This document shows positions 10,298 to 19,449 of a stretch of DNA of 64,000 nt, one piece after another. Each line of letters begins with the position of its first letter. Within the stretch, counting starts at the first letter, position 1. The DNA is taken from NCBI GenBank assembly GCA_050014975.1, contig JBEKCH010000005.1, positions 16,493-80,492 of the forward strand. Direction: 5' to 3'. A program made the translations under genes and the position numbers. The notes beneath the pieces are model-generated. The model searched no databases. It was not told the origin of the DNA and was given only the letters and a program-made list of their open reading frames with translations. This DNA is from Candidatus Limnocylindrales bacterium. Its GTDB lineage: Bacteria > Chloroflexota > Limnocylindria > Limnocylindrales > CSP1-4.

Positions 10298-10872
10298 CGT
10301 CCGACCTCCCCGGCTCGACGTTCGGCTTCGAACGCGGCCCGCAGGTGTTCCTGCGCGTTGTGCAGCCGCGACTTGACCGTGCCCTCTCGGATCCCCGTTT
10401 GGAGGGCGATCTGCGGTACCGTCAGGTCGCGCCCGTAGCGCATGGCCACCACCACCTGCTCGTCGAGCGTCAGCCGGGCCAGGGCTCGACCAACCTCATC
10501 ACGAAGCGCGGAGGATTCGTCGGGGCCGGCGGCCGGCTCTGCATCGTTCACGATCGGCCGGCGCGACCGCCGGGCGAGCTCGGCCCGGCACGTGTTGACC
10601 ACGATCCGGGCGAACCAGGCCTCGGCCCGGTCGGGGTCTCTCAGCCCGCGGCGCATCGCCCAGGCCCGCAGCGCCGCTTCCTGGACCGCATCCTCGGCCG
10701 CGGCGGGGTCGCGCAGGATGCACGTCGCCAGCCGGTACGCGCCGTCGAGACGCGAAAGCAGGAGCGCCCGGACCGCTTCTTGCCCGCTCGATTCCGCCCC
10801 TACTCCCACGACTGCCATTGTCCCCTCGATCGAACCGGCGAGGAAGCCCTCGTCCTCCACTGATTGATCCAA
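10294..10872 (-). CDS. ECF-family RNA polymerase sigma factor (sigma-70 regions 2 and 4)
   Basis: Region 2 (AEDAVQEAALRAWA) and region 4 HTH (LTVPQIALQTGIREGTVKSRLHNAQEHLR). The true start may be the internal Met near 10818. Confidence 0.85.
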   Translation of the reverse strand: MDQSVEDEGFLAGSIEGTMAVVGVGAESSGQEAVRALLLSRLDGAYRLATCILRDPAAAEDAVQEAALRAWAMRRGLRDPDRAEAWFARIVVNTCRAELARRSRRPIVNDAEPAAGPDESSALRDEVGRALARLTLDEQVVVAMRYGRDLTVPQIALQTGIREGTVKSRLHNAQEHLRAAFEAERRAGEVGR

Positions 10873-11018
10873 AGAGCGGCGCGAATCGTTCAGTCCTGGG
10901 CGCGGCGGACACGGCCGTCGAATGCGGGCGGGGCTGCCAGCGTGCGGGCGTCCTGCCGTGCCGTCGCAGCCGGGCGTACGATCTGGCCGTGGATTTGAGC
11001 CCCGCCGCCATTCGCCCC

Positions 11019-12341
11019 ATGCGCCGCGCCGCCATCGCCAACCTCGGCTGCAAGGTCAACCAGGCCGAGATGGACGCCGTCGAGCGGCTGCTGCGTGTCG
11101 GCGGCGTGCAGCTCGTCGACGCGCGCCACACAGCCGATCTGGTGGTCGTGAACACCTGCACGGTGACGTCGATGGCCGACCAGAAGTCGCGCCAGGCCGT
11201 CCGGCGGGCGCGCAGGGCGAACCCGGACGCCCAGCTGTTCGTCACAGGCTGTTCGGTGGCGATAGACCCTGCCTCGCTGGCGTTGGCCGATCCGTCGGCC
11301 CGCCTATTCGACAACGAGTCGAAGGGCCGGCTTCTCGACGAGCTGGTCGGGCTGCTCGAGCCCGGGCAAGGTCCGGTCGGGGATGGCTTCGACGGTTGGG
11401 CCGACATCGAACGAACGCGCGCCTTCGTGAAGATCCAGGACGGCTGCTCGTTCCACTGCACCTACTGCATCATCCCCCGTGCTCGCGGGCCGGAACGTTC
11501 CGTTGCCGCCGACGCGGTGCTGGCCGAGGTCGAACGCTCCCTGGCAGCCGGGCATCGCGAGGTGGTCCTGACCGGAATCAATGCCGGCACCTACGACGAC
11601 GCAGGCTTGCCATTGCCGGGCCTGGTGCGGCGCATGCTGGCCGAGACGCAGGTGGAACGGATCCGGCTCAGCTCGATCGAGCCGCAGCACGTGACGGACG
11701 AGCTGCTCGCAGTCTGGGCCGGCTCCGGCGGGCGCTGCCTGCCCCATTTCCATGTCCCGCTCCAGTCCGGCGACGACACGATCCTGCGTCGGATGGGGCG
11801 CCGCTACGACGCCGCCTTCTATGCGGACCTGGTGGCGAGGATCCGGCGGGCGATCCCGGGCGTGGCCGTCCACGCGGACATGATCGTGGGTTTCCCCGGC
11901 GAGGACGAAGCGGCCTGGGGGCGGACCATGGCCCTGCTGCGGAGCCTCGATCTGGCGGGGATTCACGTCTTCCGGTACTCGGCGCGGCCGGGGACGGCGG
12001 CGGCGCGCATGGTCGGGCAGGTGGACGGGCGGACGAAGAGGCGGCGAGCGGCCGAAGCGCTGGCGCTCGCGGCGGAGGCGCGGGCGACGTTCGCCGCGCG
12101 GCATCTCGGCGGGGAGCTGCGCGTCCTGTTCGAGCGGCCGCTCCCCGACGGGCGCTGGCTAGGCCACGCCGAGAGCCACGTCATGGTCACGGCCGTGGCG
12201 CCCGACGGCGGCTCGCTCGAGAACGAGATAGCTCTGGTTCGCGCCGACTCGGTCGATCCGTACGCCGCCGACCGACTCGTCGGCAGCCTCCTGGCGATCC
12301 AAAGTCCGCAGGAACCCCTGGCGGAGTCGGCGCCCAAGTAG
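11019..12341 (+). CDS. mtaB: Radical-SAM tRNA methylthiotransferase, MiaB/MtaB (YqeV) family
   Basis: MTTase N-domain (IANLGCKVNQAEMD), radical-SAM CxxxCxxC (CSFHCTYC) and a TRAM-like C-terminus. The position after prmA matches yqeV. Confidence 0.8.
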   Translation: MRRAAIANLGCKVNQAEMDAVERLLRVGGVQLVDARHTADLVVVNTCTVTSMADQKSRQAVRRARRANPDAQLFVTGCSVAIDPASLALADPSARLFDNESKGRLLDELVGLLEPGQGPVGDGFDGWADIERTRAFVKIQDGCSFHCTYCIIPRARGPERSVAADAVLAEVERSLAAGHREVVLTGINAGTYDDAGLPLPGLVRRMLAETQVERIRLSSIEPQHVTDELLAVWAGSGGRCLPHFHVPLQSGDDTILRRMGRRYDAAFYADLVARIRRAIPGVAVHADMIVGFPGEDEAAWGRTMALLRSLDLAGIHVFRYSARPGTAAARMVGQVDGRTKRRRAAEALALAAEARATFAARHLGGELRVLFERPLPDGRWLGHAESHVMVTAVAPDGGSLENEIALVRADSVDPYAADRLVGSLLAIQSPQEPLAESAPK

Positions 12342-12397
12342 CAAGATCGACGTCGCCACAGTCTCGGGTCCCGTCGGGGGAACATCAGGAGCGCGCC

Positions 12398-12745
12398 ATG
12401 CCGTCCGATTGCCTGTTCTGCCGCATCATCGCCGGCGAGCTGCCCGCGGCCCAGGTCTACTCCGACGATTCCGTGGTCGCCATCCGCGACATCGCGCCCC
12501 AGGCCCCGACGCACATCCTGCTGCTCTCGCGGAAGCACATCGCCTCCGTGGGCCAGGTCGGGGAGGAAGACAGCGATCTGATAGCCAGGATCTGCACGGT
12601 CGGCGCGGAGCTGGCGAAGCGCGAGGGGATCGCGCAGGACGGCTACCGCCTGGTCGTCAACGTCGGCCGAAACGGCGGCCAGACGGTCGACCATATGCAC
12701 GTCCACCTTCTCGGCGGCCGGCCCATGGCCTGGCCTCCGGGCTGA
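12398..12745 (+). CDS. HIT-family (histidine triad) nucleotide hydrolase
   Basis: CLFCRI...HxHxHLL triad (DHMHVHLLGG). AGGAG RBS. Confidence 0.85.
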   Translation: MPSDCLFCRIIAGELPAAQVYSDDSVVAIRDIAPQAPTHILLLSRKHIASVGQVGEEDSDLIARICTVGAELAKREGIAQDGYRLVVNVGRNGGQTVDHMHVHLLGGRPMAWPPG

Positions 12746-12788
12746 TCCGACAGCCCGGAGGCGCGGCGGCGCCGGCCCGCGATCTCGC

Positions 12789-14528
12789 TCAGCGGCCCCT
12801 GCCCTTGCCCGCGCGCGCGCCGGCTCCCGCCAGAGAGTGGCCTTCCTCGCGCACGGGGAGCGGTTCGTCGACGGCTGCCCAGGCGCGGACGCGATCGCGT
12901 TGCACCTTGAACGTGTGCGTCCGCGGGAAGTCGGCGTCGGGCCACAAGCGCCAGGCCACGACCCGCTGGTGGACCGCCAGGGTGCGGTTGGCCGATCGCA
13001 CGGCCGATTCGATCTCCGCCCTGACGCGAACCGGATCGTCGATCTCGGGCGCGCGGGTGGCGTCGGCCGGTTCGTCGGGCTGCGGTAGCAGCGGAGCGCC
13101 CGGCGCGAGCACTACGGCCTCGATCCGGCCGGGCAGCGGTTCGACCACCACCGCGTCGCGGATGCCGGCTGTGCGGAGGGCGTTCTCGACGTCCTCTGGG
13201 TAGACGTTCAAACCGTTGGGCAGGACGATGATGTCCTTCTTGCGGCCCATCAGGACCAGGTGTCCCGACCCGTCGTGGCGGCCGACGTCGCCCGTCCTGT
13301 ACCAACCGTCCGCTGTGAAGGCGTCCGCGGTGGTCACCGGATCGTGCCAGTAGCCGCTGAAGAGAGTGGGCCCCGCCACCAGCACCTCGCCGTCGTCGGC
13401 GAGCTTCACCTGGACCGGGGGGATCGTCCGTCCCACCGTCCCAAGGCCGTGATCGCGCTGGTTCGTGGCCGAGGCGACGCCGCACTCGGTGGCGCCGTAG
13501 CCCTGCATGACCACCACCCCGAGGTCCTCCCACGCCTGCTGCAGCGATGGCGGCAGGAAGGCGGCCGCCGAAACGATGAGATTGAGCGAGCCGCCGAACT
13601 GGCGATGGACCTGGACGAAGAGGCGGCGGCGGGCGGGGTAGGGGAGCCGGCGCGCGACCAGGCGCAGCCGGTTGAAGGCGTTGAGCCTGCCCTGCCGGGC
13701 GACCTCGGTCTCGATGGCCGACCAGAAGAGGTCGATGATCTGCGGGACCAGCACGAGCGACGTGGTTCGGTGATCGCGGATCGCCTCGAAGATCACCCTG
13801 GGGTTGCGGCTGCGGATGTACAGCACGTGGGCGCCTACGCTCATGGCGTAGAACACCGTCGCCACTTGCTCGAGCAGATGGGAGAGCGGCAGCAGCGAGA
13901 CGGCACGGTGCTCCTGCTCGGGAAGGAGGTTGTAGGCGGCCTCCAGGGTGCCGATCAGATTGCCGTGGGTCAGCATCACGCCCTTTGGCTCGCCGGTGGT
14001 GCCCGAGGTGAAGATGATCTCGGCCAGGTCCTCGCGGCCGGGGCGCCGCCACGAGTCGACCTGTGCTTCCCAGTCGGCCGGGAAGGTCGCGTCGGGCTCC
14101 GCGGCGAGCCGTTCGGCGACGGACGAAGGGAAGTGCTCCAGGCGCGCGTCGGCCGGGTCCGGGGTGTCGCGGCCGGTGCCCAGGACGAGGCGGCGCGCGT
14201 CCGCGCGGGCCACGATGCGCTCGATCGCGCCGCTGGACATGCGCAGGTCCAGCGGCACGCTGGTGACGCCGGCCCGCATCGCACCGAAGTAGAGAGCCGG
14301 CACGGCCGGGCTGGAGGGGGCCCAGACCAGCAGCCGATCGCCGGGCTGCAGTCCCACTGCCCGAAGGCGCCAGGCTATGATCCGGCTGCGGCGGTTCAGC
14401 TCGCGGTAGGTCCAGTGCTCGCTCGACCCGTCATCGCCGCGCATGCCGAAGGCGAAGCGGTCGCCGTAGCGGCTCTCGCCCTGGTCGATGATGTCAAGCA
14501 GGCTGTCCAGCCGATCCATCCGCGCCAT
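12789..14528 (-). CDS. Long-chain acyl-CoA synthetase (AMP-dependent synthetase/ligase)
   Basis: AMP-binding motif FTSGTTGEPKGVMLTHGNL and adenylation core. Start chosen at MARMDRL. Confidence 0.85.
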   Translation of the reverse strand: MARMDRLDSLLDIIDQGESRYGDRFAFGMRGDDGSSEHWTYRELNRRSRIIAWRLRAVGLQPGDRLLVWAPSSPAVPALYFGAMRAGVTSVPLDLRMSSGAIERIVARADARRLVLGTGRDTPDPADARLEHFPSSVAERLAAEPDATFPADWEAQVDSWRRPGREDLAEIIFTSGTTGEPKGVMLTHGNLIGTLEAAYNLLPEQEHRAVSLLPLSHLLEQVATVFYAMSVGAHVLYIRSRNPRVIFEAIRDHRTTSLVLVPQIIDLFWSAIETEVARQGRLNAFNRLRLVARRLPYPARRRLFVQVHRQFGGSLNLIVSAAAFLPPSLQQAWEDLGVVVMQGYGATECGVASATNQRDHGLGTVGRTIPPVQVKLADDGEVLVAGPTLFSGYWHDPVTTADAFTADGWYRTGDVGRHDGSGHLVLMGRKKDIIVLPNGLNVYPEDVENALRTAGIRDAVVVEPLPGRIEAVVLAPGAPLLPQPDEPADATRAPEIDDPVRVRAEIESAVRSANRTLAVHQRVVAWRLWPDADFPRTHTFKVQRDRVRAWAAVDEPLPVREEGHSLAGAGARAGKGRGR

Positions 14529-14880
14529 CGTAGCGACCGCCCGTCCCGGTATCAGGTCTCGGGCGGCATCGGGAAATGCACCGTGGGCGACGTTCCCGCG
14601 GCGTTGAAGGCGCAGATGTAGGCATCGGGATCCGATTCCGCGATCGACCTGGGCACGTCTTCCCCTTCCGGTTTCCGCGGATTGGGGGAGGGCCACCATA
14701 GCCACCGATCTCGAGTCGGGCGGCCCTCGCGGAATCCCCATTCCGGCGCAGACAGTGTACGGAGCGGCGCGGCAGTTTGATCCGTTCGCAGCGCGCGTTC
14801 GACGGGTCCAGGCCAGGGCTCCCGCTCCGGCTTGTGAGTCGCGGCGGATCGGGTGCCCGTCCCTCGGCTCGGCCATCGGG

Positions 14881-14910
14881 TGGACAACCGAGGCGGGATA
14901 GGGCTACACT
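14881..14910 (+). promoter_or_regulatory. Candidate sigma-70-type promoter for rpsU (TGGACA-N18-TACACT)
   Basis: Sequence pattern only. It lies about 90 nt upstream of rpsU in a 470-bp divergent intergenic region. Confidence 0.3.
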
Positions 14911-15002
14911 CCGCCCGCCCTGTCCGCGGGTGGCTTATGCGTGCTCGCTGGAGCGTGATGTTAGGCGTCTGCGAACGGGCCCCGAAGGAGGTGATTTCCG
15001 GA

Positions 15003-15188
15003 TTGGCAGAAGTCCGTGTGGGTGAGAACGAGAGCTTCGAAAGTGCCCTGCGCCGGTTCAACAAGAAGATCCAGCAGAGCGGCATCCTGGCCGAGGCCCG
15101 TCGCCGCGAGCACTACGAGAAGCCGAGCGTGAAGCGCAAGCGCAAGGAAGCGAAGCGCAAGAAGGTCGCTCGCCAGCAGCAGAGCTAG
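15003..15188 (+). CDS. rpsU: 30S ribosomal protein S21
   Basis: [47 protein letters not shown] matches S21. Probable TTG start 12 nt after a GAAGGAG RBS. Confidence 0.8.
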   Translation: MAEVRVGENESFESALRRFNKKIQQSGILAEARRREHYEKPSVKRKRKEAKRKKVARQQQS

Positions 15189-15261
15189 CGGGACCAGACA
15201 CGCCGTCGAAGGGTCGCGCGACCCCGCCGCAGCCGCGCTGCCCACCCGAGGTGCCACACCG

Positions 15262-15726
15262 GTGTCCCTCCGAGATCGACTAGATACCGAGTTGAAGGCC
15301 GCCATGCGGTCGAATGACGCCATGCGCCGCGATGCGCTGCGCATGGTGCTGGCCGCCGTTCAGCGAGCCGAAAAGGAAGGCAAGCACGAGCTTTCCGACG
15401 ACGAGATGCTCGGCCTTCTCGCGCGCGAGCTGAAGATCCGCCGCGAATCGGTGGCTGCCTTCCGCGCCGGCGGCCGCGAGGATCTCGTGGCCAAGGAGGA
15501 GGCCGCCATCGCGGTCATCTCCGAGTTCATGCCCCAACCGCTGTCGGAAGCCGAGCTCCGGGTCATGGTCGAGGCTGCCATCGCCGAGTCCGGGGCGGCC
15601 TCACCACGCGACATGGGCAAGGTAATGGGCATCGTTTCGCCCAGGACGCGCGGCCGGGCCGACGGCAAGGTCGTCAGCCAGCTGGTATCCCAGCTGCTGG
15701 CGTCGCGCTCCGCCGGCGGATCGTGA
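15262..15726 (+). CDS. yqeY: GatB/YqeY domain protein
   Basis: MSLRDRLDTELKAAMRSND...RMVLAAVQ resembles YqeY. GTG start. Conserved rpsU-yqeY adjacency. Confidence 0.85.
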   Translation: MSLRDRLDTELKAAMRSNDAMRRDALRMVLAAVQRAEKEGKHELSDDEMLGLLARELKIRRESVAAFRAGGREDLVAKEEAAIAVISEFMPQPLSEAELRVMVEAAIAESGAASPRDMGKVMGIVSPRTRGRADGKVVSQLVSQLLASRSAGGS

Positions 15727-15736
15727 CCGTCGCGCC

Positions 15737-17878
15737 ATGCTGAGGGAGCCGCACGAACTGCCGCGCCCGTTCGGGCGACGCGATGCCGCTCGGCTCCTGA
15801 TCGCGGCGGCCGTGCTGGTTGGCGGACTCGCCGTGGGCGTCGCCCCGGACCTGGCGCCCACCAAGAACGTGCTCGCGGCAGGCATGGTCGCCAGCGTCGC
15901 GGTGCGAGCCCCGCGCGATGCCGTCATCGAGAACCCGGTCGAAACCGACGCCGCGCAGCAGGCTGCGGCTGCCGCCGTCCCGCCCCAATACGACTACACG
16001 ACGCAGGGCGCCGCCACGATCGCCCGCACGCAGCTGGCTGTCCTCCAGCTCGAGCTTGCCCCGGTCGACAATGCCTTCAACACGAGCAAGACGCCGGCGG
16101 CTCTCCAGGCCGCTCTGCAGACGGCGTTGCCCTCGCTCCCGTCGGACGCGCGATCGATCCTGGTTGCGCTCGATTCCACGCGCTGGCCAACCGTCGAGTG
16201 GGACGCCGAGCAGCTGATCCTGTCAATCGAGCAGGGGCAGGAGATCCGCGACCCGTCCGACGCCCCGACCCTGGTGGCGCAGGCGATGCCCGTCGAGCTC
16301 AGCGACTCCGAACAGCAGCTCGTCGCCGCGCTGGTTACTCCGCTGGTCGTGGCCAACTCCACCTACAGCCAGGCGCTGACCCAGCAGGCCCGAACCAGGG
16401 CCATCGCCAGCGTCGCCCCGGTGAAGGACACTTTCAAGGCCGGTCAGGTGATCGTGGATCAGAACCACCTGGTCACGCCGGCAGTCATGGTCGACATCAT
16501 CTACTTCGGCCTGAACTCGTCCCGCATCGATTGGGGAAAGCCGGCGGCATGGCTCCTTCTCGGCGGCCTGATCGCCGCCCTGCTCCTGGCCTGGCTGTGG
16601 CGCTACCGCCCCGAGTACTGGCTGCGCGGCCGGACGCTCGTCCTGATCGGTCTCGTCTTCGTCCTCGTCGCCCTGGCCGAGAAACTCCCCGCTGGTCGGG
16701 CCTGGCTGCCGTATCTGATTCCGACCGCGGCCGCGGGCATGCTGCTGACCGTGCTGCTCGATGCCGGCATGGGTGCCATCTTGCTGGCCCTGCTCGCCAC
16801 GCTCGTGGGTCTGGTCAACGGGTCATCTCTCGAACTGGCCAGCTACGTCTTCCTTGGTGGGCTGGCGGGCGTCGTCGCAATCCGCAACGGCGAGCGCCAG
16901 CACTACTTCGTCCAGGCGGCGCTGGCCGTAGCCGCGGCCGAGGTGGTGGTCCTCGGCGTCTTCACGATGCTCGGCCAGCACGACGCCACTGGGCTGCTGC
17001 AGTTGTCGATAGCCGCCGCGGGTTCGGCGCTCGTTGCCACGGTGCTGACTCTGGGCAGCTTCGCGCTGCTGGGCAACCTCTTCGGCATCCTCACCGGCTC
17101 GCAATTGCTCGAGCTGGCCAACCCTTCGCAGCCGCTTCTCCGGCGGCTCCTGGTCGAGACCCCCGGGACGTACCACCACTCCCTGATGGTCGGCAACCTG
17201 GCCGAGCGGGCGGCCGAGTCCATCGGGGCGGACCCGCTGCTGGCGCGCGTGGCCGCCTTCTACCACGACGTGGGCAAGCTCGCCAACCCCCTGGTCTTCA
17301 TCGAGAACCAGCAGGGCGGTGACAACGTCCACGATCAGCTGGACCCCGAGGACAGCGCCGCCATCCTCAGGCAGCACGTCGCCGACGGCGTAAACCTGGC
17401 ACAGAAGGCCCGGTTGCCCGGGCCCCTGATCGCATTCATCCCGCAGCATCACGGGACCTCGCTGATCGGCTTCTTCTACGCCAAGGCCCGCGCGGCGGCG
17501 GCGGCTCCGTTTGGCGGGCTGGATACGAAGGCGGGCCGGGCAGCGGCCGAAACCGTCGACATCAACCGTTTCCGCCACGCCGGCCCCAAACCGCAGTCGC
17601 GCGAGGCTGCCGTGCTCATGCTGGCCGACGGAGTGGAGGCTTCCGTCCGTTCGCTGTCCAGCCGCGATGAGCCGACCATCAGGGCCATGGTCGCCCAGAT
17701 CGTCGGAGAACGCCTCGCCGATGGCCAGCTCAACGAGTGCGACCTGACGATCCGAGATCTCGAGAACATTCGCGAGGCCTTCGTGCGACAGCTGCTGGGG
17801 ATGTACCACCAGCGCATCGCATATCCTCAGAGCAAGGTCGTCGAGCTAGAGTCGCGTCGCGGGCGTGGTCTGGGTTAG
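15737..17878 (+). CDS. pgpH: 7TM-HD membrane phosphohydrolase PgpH/YqfF-like (c-di-AMP phosphodiesterase family)
   Basis: Extracellular N-domain, 7 TM helices and a C-terminal HD domain (HHSLMVGNLAERAA...FYHDVGK). Located upstream of ybeY as in Firmicutes. Confidence 0.85.
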   Translation: MLREPHELPRPFGRRDAARLLIAAAVLVGGLAVGVAPDLAPTKNVLAAGMVASVAVRAPRDAVIENPVETDAAQQAAAAAVPPQYDYTTQGAATIARTQLAVLQLELAPVDNAFNTSKTPAALQAALQTALPSLPSDARSILVALDSTRWPTVEWDAEQLILSIEQGQEIRDPSDAPTLVAQAMPVELSDSEQQLVAALVTPLVVANSTYSQALTQQARTRAIASVAPVKDTFKAGQVIVDQNHLVTPAVMVDIIYFGLNSSRIDWGKPAAWLLLGGLIAALLLAWLWRYRPEYWLRGRTLVLIGLVFVLVALAEKLPAGRAWLPYLIPTAAAGMLLTVLLDAGMGAILLALLATLVGLVNGSSLELASYVFLGGLAGVVAIRNGERQHYFVQAALAVAAAEVVVLGVFTMLGQHDATGLLQLSIAAAGSALVATVLTLGSFALLGNLFGILTGSQLLELANPSQPLLRRLLVETPGTYHHSLMVGNLAERAAESIGADPLLARVAAFYHDVGKLANPLVFIENQQGGDNVHDQLDPEDSAAILRQHVADGVNLAQKARLPGPLIAFIPQHHGTSLIGFFYAKARAAAAAPFGGLDTKAGRAAAETVDINRFRHAGPKPQSREAAVLMLADGVEASVRSLSSRDEPTIRAMVAQIVGERLADGQLNECDLTIRDLENIREAFVRQLLGMYHQRIAYPQSKVVELESRRGRGLG

Positions 17879-17938
17879 CGGAGGAGCCCTGTCAATGGGG
17901 GATCGGGAGGTCGGCGCGCAGGCGCCGCACGCGGAGCA

Positions 17939-18625
17939 TTGAGCGGGCAGGCGGCGGTGGAGCCCGAGCCGACGGACGGGCGCCACGCCGAGGACGCAAG
18001 CGCGCCTGCGCCGGCCGATTCCGACGGCAGCGCCACGGCCTCGGTCTATCTGCCGCCGTTCCGCATCGACGTGACGGTCCGGACGGGGGTCGCGCAGCCG
18101 GTATCGAGACACCGCCTCGCGACCGCCGTGCGGGCGGCCCTGGAGGCTGCCGGAGCCCCGGGTCCGTCATCGATCGGCGTCGTCCTGTCGGCCGACTGGG
18201 AGCTGGCGCAGCTGAACGCGGTACACATGGGCCACGATGGGCCGACGGACGTTCTCTCGTTTCCATTCTTCCCGCCGGAGGCTTTCCCGGCCCACGAGCA
18301 TGGCATGCCGGGCGATCGCGACCCATGGGTGGCGGCCGCCTTCAAGCAGGCCTTCGCCCTGCCGCCCGGGCTGCGCGCCCACCTGGGCGATGTGATCGTC
18401 TCGGTGGAACGAGCCATCGCGCAGGCTTCGGCCGGCCGCGGAGGGCAGACCGGCGATCTGCGCTGGAGCCCCGCCGAAGAGATGCTCCTGCTCGCGGTGC
18501 ACGGCACGCTGCACATCTGCGGCTGGGACCACGCCGAGCCGGTGGAGGAGGCGGCCATGCGAACCCTGGAAAAGCAGGTCTTGGCCTTGCTGCCGCACAA
18601 GCACGCCGCGCCACCCGAGAGATAG
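17939..18625 (+). CDS. ybeY: rRNA maturation endoribonuclease YbeY
   Basis: Zinc motif HGTLHICGWDH. Probable TTG start. N-terminal about 40 aa are non-conserved. Confidence 0.85.
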   Translation: MSGQAAVEPEPTDGRHAEDASAPAPADSDGSATASVYLPPFRIDVTVRTGVAQPVSRHRLATAVRAALEAAGAPGPSSIGVVLSADWELAQLNAVHMGHDGPTDVLSFPFFPPEAFPAHEHGMPGDRDPWVAAAFKQAFALPPGLRAHLGDVIVSVERAIAQASAGRGGQTGDLRWSPAEEMLLLAVHGTLHICGWDHAEPVEEAAMRTLEKQVLALLPHKHAAPPER

Positions 18626-18672
18626 CACCGCCCAGGGTGCGCGGGCGGGCGCCGGATCTGGTGCGCCGCCGC

Positions 18673-18723
18673 CCCTGATACCATGCCCGCAGGCCCTCCG
18701 GAACTGGATCAGGGCTTGTTTTT
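18673..18723 (+). terminator. Weak candidate intrinsic terminator (CCCTGAT...ATCAGGG stem followed by TTGTTTTT)
   Basis: Inverted repeat plus the only T-run in the region, after ybeY. The loop is long (about 28 nt), so confidence is low. Confidence 0.25.
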
Positions 18724-18762
18724 CATGTCGCGATCCTTCGCGGCGCCACCTGTGGAGCAGCG

Positions 18763-19449
18763 GTGAAGATCGTCGTCGGCCTCGGCAATCCGGGTCCCCA
18801 GTACGAGAAGACGCGCCACAACATCGGCTGGATGGTCCTCGATCGTCTGGCCGACAGGGCCGGCTGGTCCGGTCGGGGTCGAACGCGCGACGCCTCGGCC
18901 ATCGTCCAGGGGCGCTTTCGAGGCCTTGATCTCGTGCTCGTGAAGCCTCTCACCTACATGAACGACTCGGGCCTGGCGGTGCGCAGGGTGCTCGCGCGTG
19001 AACATGCTCCGCTGGGCGAGCTGCTGGTCGTGGCCGACGATTTCGCCCTTCCCTTCGGCAAGCTGCGGTTCCGCGAGGGCGGCAGCGCCGGCGGCCACAA
19101 CGGGCTGCGCTCGATCGTGGAGGAGTTGGGGACGGAGAAGTTCAGCAGACTGCGAGTCGGTATAGGCGAGCCCGGGGCAGACGCGATCGACCACGTCCTG
19201 AGCCAGTTCACGCGGGGTGAGCGGGGACGCCTGCCCGAGCTGCTCGACACCGCGGCGGACGCGGTCGAAGCCTGGGCGCGCGAGGGCACGAACAAGGCGG
19301 CGAACCATTACAACGCCTTGGAGCTGCGGCCGGATGATGAGGAACGTTCGGCTCCTCCGGGCGCCGTCGACGGGCCGCCCGGTCAGGACGGCATCAGGCG
19401 CACGCGCACTGGCTGGCGCAAGCCGAAACCGCCCGAGGCCGGCGAGTGA
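18763..19449 (+). CDS. pth: Peptidyl-tRNA hydrolase
   Basis: MKIVVGLGNPGPQYEKTRHNIGWMVLD...GGHNGLRSI. About 38-aa non-conserved C-terminal tail. Confidence 0.9.
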   Translation: MKIVVGLGNPGPQYEKTRHNIGWMVLDRLADRAGWSGRGRTRDASAIVQGRFRGLDLVLVKPLTYMNDSGLAVRRVLAREHAPLGELLVVADDFALPFGKLRFREGGSAGGHNGLRSIVEELGTEKFSRLRVGIGEPGADAIDHVLSQFTRGERGRLPELLDTAADAVEAWAREGTNKAANHYNALELRPDDEERSAPPGAVDGPPGQDGIRRTRTGWRKPKPPEAGE

